Shown here one piece after another: positions 59,865 through 64,000 of a stretch of 64,000 nucleotides of DNA. Within the stretch, counting starts at the first letter, position 1. Every line of letters starts with the position of its first letter. The stretch lies in contig CM060733.1 of NCBI GenBank assembly GCA_030704615.1, forward strand, positions 66,526,001-66,590,000. Reading direction: 5' to 3'. Under the pieces are notes generated by a model. The model saw nothing but the letters and a program-made list of their open reading frames with translations. It searched no databases and had not been told where the DNA came from. Origin of the DNA: Takakia lepidozioides (taxonomy: Eukaryota > Plantae > Bryophyta). The position numbers and the translations under genes are program-made.

Positions 59865-61018
59865 AACCTTTTCAAAGATAATGGAACTAGAGAGCTCTTC
59901 AGCCTGGCGTCCATGATCTGGCATACAACAAGACAAAACATAATAGATTTGCTTGAAGGGGAGAGCAGACAAGCCTCCACAGATCTGTTAGGGCGCCGCT
60001 GCAGAAAACAGCGCGATCATCACACTTAGCTGCTTTATACCCTCATTCAAGCGGTGGGCATCTAATTGCCAGGAAAAACCCCCCTTATCTTTTCTATCAG
60101 ATATCTCATGCGCAGGATGCCACCGCATGTGTTGTTGCTCCCTTAAGATAGATCGTTCAATGTAGGGTGTGTGAAACCTTCACCGCCCCCCACCAACAAT
60201 TCCTTCTTTGTCAGCCAGCGATAGGTCTGCACCGTTCCCTGCTGGCATCGCACCTTACCAAGCTGCACTCCTTAGTGAGCTTATCCTCCAGCAGCACGAG
60301 ATCATGAATGAAACAGACCAAAGACGGCACCGCTTCCCTTGCTGCACAGATGACCAAGTTGTGCCCTTATCCTCTACATCACCTCTAATTAACACTTCCT
60401 TTAATGCAAGCCAGAATGCCCCAGCGTAGATGCAATCGCCCTTGACACAATGCCCTGCCAATTCCAGTGTTCGCAGCATCTGCTCAGAGCCCCCGTCATC
60501 TTCCCCTTCGTCTTCCTTGTCCCGCGTTGCTAGGGTAACCGCCAGTGATGAAAGTCATCCATTTCCACGAACGGAAAATGTGCTAGGTTTCATTCACAGA
60601 GTTAATCACAAATTCATTGCATCCCTGGCATTGGATCCTTCATCCTCGTTCCTGTGAGTCATCCAATAAGCATGGATGTAATCCGTTCATCCTCCCGATG
60701 AAAATATGCTTGGTCATGACTTAGCCACTTTCATCCTGGCAAAGTATCAGCATAGTGTGCCCATGAAATAACTAGTAGGCAGGGATGAATTCCGTCCATA
60801 GCATGGATGAAATAAAATCGCAAGATACTTGAGCATTTTCATCCTGGCCAAGAGTTCCCCATCGTTCCCATGATGTACTAGAAACATGTATGAAAAAAAT
60901 TGCAGGGACAACTCAACCTATTTTCACATTGGTACCAGGGCCCTTCCTTTGTAGAAATGCAGAATCTCAGTGAGTAACAACAAAAATTTCAATGTCACTC
61001 CCTTGCATTCACACTACA

Positions 61019-64000
61019 ATTCTGTTTGCCATGAAACATAATCAACAATATCTAAGCAGATCTTTCACGGAGGAGGTACTCAAAGTTTTGAGAGGAGAGG
61101 ATGTATATTGGTCTAGTGGAGGAGATGAAACGGTTACAGAATACTACTGCCAAGTCTTCAATCGTTGTGTCTGGCCCAATTATTGCACAAATTATCTTTG
61201 ATTCTTGCTTGCTTGATGCGCGAGAACGCAAAGTAATGGGGGTGTTTGAGGCAGCCACAACTGCATTTGAGGAGCAAGGCTCTTCACAAGGTGAAGGGGG
61301 ATTGGAGGGGCAGCATCAGTCCAAGAGACAGAAGAGGAATGCAACTGTAGTGGCGGATCCACTGGCCACAAGGAATCCACAAGATGATGTTTCCATACCT
61401 CCTGTGCAGGATGAGGAGCAGCAGCACAAGGGGCTGTTATTACAGGAAGCATGGCCTTCAGAGAGGGAAGAAGAAGTCACCTCAGTACCACAGCCACCAC
61501 AGCAAGCTGACCCGGTTGCCCTAGGGGTAACTCAGATTGGACATGCTGTTACACCGGAGCCTCTTACAGTGGAGGGAGAGGGGTTGGACATCCCCACTGC
61601 AGAGCAAGTCGTGGCAGAAATTGAGAAAGGCGACCTTCTCTATGAAAACTCTAGCATGGTCGGAGAACCCATGGTACCAAAGATGCAGGGTATGCATAAG
61701 GAAATCCCTGCTGTGCAGGTTATGCCCAAACCTGTGGCGGAGGTTAAAGGGGTAAAGGACAAGGGAACTGCAGCACCTGTGGAGGATGAGGTTGCTCAGG
61801 AAGAAGATCATGTGGGATCATGGCCTGACTGGTTTGTGAAACATCAAACTGTGGAGAATCAGGAAGAACAATAGTAAGTTCTCCATGAAGACCCACAGCA
61901 GGGCATGCTTATGAGTTCCATAAGCAGGACACTTAATTTGTTGGGCACCTATGTCAAGACTCATGTTCCTTCCACACGATTGGCAGCATTGCGGGAGGAG
62001 CTCAAGCAAGAATTTGAGGCAAGAATTGCCACTAAGTGTGCAAACAAGGTCAATGTGGAGGCCAACCTCAAGTTGCAGAAAAAGTTGGAGAACACTAAGA
62101 CTGCCTTACAGCTTGCGAAGGAAAATTTAATTGAAGCAGGTCTTGAGCATGAGAAGTTGCATGAAGTGCATAAGCAACAACTATACCAGTTGCAGGTTAA
62201 GCATGAGGGCAAGTTGCAGGAAGTGAAGTTGCTTCATACAGAGTTGGAAGCAGTCCATCAGAGAATGACCATATAGTGTGCCACACTAACGACTAATCTG
62301 GAGCTGACTACACTAGAAGTTAAGAACCAAACTGAGAGATGTTTAATGGTGGAGACAGATTCAATGGAGCAGGGGGAACTCATTGCTGACATGAAGGCTA
62401 CTATCTGTCGCAATGAGGATATCTTTCAGCAGTACCGTCAGGTCGATGCCCAGAAGGACAGGTACATCTTTGAATTGCAGCAAACAATCACAGTACGGGA
62501 GAATGAGCTTTCTGTGACTGACAAGGCCTGGAAAGAAGTCAATAATCTGTCCGCTGCCTATGCAGCTCTGGTTGAATCTCATGCAAAGAACATGGAGAGT
62601 TTACAGCAGCAGTTGGAAACATATAGACTCAAGGAGGAGCAGGATCTCCGTGGTGTCACACAAAATTTGGTGGATAATCATCTTTTGCAAGAGTGGTTAA
62701 TACAAGGGCCAGTGGAAGGGAAGGCACCAAGAAAGCTCACCCAAGATGAGATAAATGATCTCAGGCTACGGGTGCAGAACATTGCCACAATTACTATAGA
62801 CAATGTCTATAGTCGGATAGCTGAGTTGCAGGAGAATGTGGAAGGGCTGCAGACTTAAGTGGATGACTTGAGCTCCAACATTGATAAAAAGTTCCTGAGG
62901 AACAGCTCATGGCTACTTATCTGCATGCCAGGACTTTGATTTTCTAATCATCAGCATAGGAATTGCAGGACTTGCCAACATCAGGAGGGATTGTGGCAAC
63001 CGTATTACAGCAACCATGCCAGGTCGATAGTGTTGATACCATGGCACTGCAGCAATCACTGTCTGAGGTTTGGGGTGATGCTTCTTTTAACCCACCTACT
63101 ACTCCTGCTGCACTTGAATACAATCAGGCTATGATTATGCCCTTCAACCAAATTCCCATTGTTATGGATTTGGCTTGGAAAGAATTCAGTCATCCAGAGT
63201 CTTTGGCACACTATTATCAGATTATGCGTATTTGGTTGCCAGTGGCAACTCGGACTAAAGTTCTTCCAAATGACAGACCCATTGAAGACCACCATTTTAC
63301 ACGGTACTGATCTGAGGAAGTCACCATGCTGAAGGAATTAATTGCCTTCCAAATTGTTCATGGATACATCTACACCAAGACCAAGGAGGTACCTAGTTTG
63401 ATCATGGGTTGTGGACTGTGTTATGTTGCTTGTTTTATTTCACGCTATCACATTGAGCAGCAAAAGATGCAGATGAGATTTCAGACTTATTCCAATGGGA
63501 AGCATTGGGTGTTACCTTCAGTTCCATCACATACATATCTGTATGATGTAAGGATCATGCTTCAGAAGGATCCCCAACTTTGGTCTTGGTTTACTTTTGA
63601 TCTGGAGAATTTGGCCCAGGAAAACTTGGGTCTTGACCACATTTTCTCTAAGGGGCATGAAGCCAGGAAGTGGCTACACTTCTCCAAAGTCATTGGCACA
63701 CCACTCAGCTATACAGATGATGAGCTGCGGGCATACACTATTCTTGCTCGAAAGAGGTTGATACAAGTTTTAAAGTTTAAGCTTGCAGACATGGTGGGTA
63801 AACACTGTATGCCACGCAGGAGTCCTGAGAAGCCACATAAGGTCAGGGCACCGAAAGGCCACCGGAGGGAAGATGATTCTGATACTACTGGTTCTATGGA
63901 GGAACCTTTTGACATGGTTGAGGATTATGCAATACAAATGGCAGAGAAGAAATGACGGGGATCTCCTATGCCTGAGAAGTTACCTCTTTATCAACCAAAG
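61019..64000 (+). mobile_element. Family G copy 3: degenerate extension ORF, runs out of the window
   Basis: ORFs 61101, 61905, 62346, 62963 and 63326 are collinear with 41.1-44.1 kb; multiple nonsense changes. Confidence 0.92.

Overview
Nested transposable-element graveyard from a eukaryotic genome. The Ty3/Gypsy lineages, CACTA and MULE transposases and GT-AG introns point to a land plant, probably a non-seed plant (inference). No intact housekeeping gene is recognisable. Contents: (1) a spliced coiled-coil gene remnant at 1-4.5 kb, followed by the 3' end and LTR of a non-chromovirus Gypsy family ('family G'). Family G occurs four times, including a near-complete, recent 12.8-kb copy (31904-44678, TSD AGGAT) nested in a Galadriel-like chromovirus. 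It carries an upstream ORF0 and about 1,500 aa of extra coding sequence after integrase. (2) A ~3-kb array of GTGTGCG-N4-CGCACAC palindromes, plus dispersed copies. (3) A CACTA transposase fragment hit by an LTR and by a MULE-like element with a GCM/DDE/SWIM transposase. (4) A second copy of the same 17-bp terminus (26741), followed by a spliced, internally deleted gene ending in a bacterial-type beta-class DNA amino-methyltransferase SAM-binding domain. (5) An Athila-like element whose 1.27-kb LTR encodes two paralogous F-box mini-ORFs. The best candidates for undescribed biology are the methyltransferase-like gene behind the MULE-type terminus, the LTR-encoded F-box ORFs and the giant Gypsy extension. 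All protein assignments come from motif recognition by eye; no searches were run.
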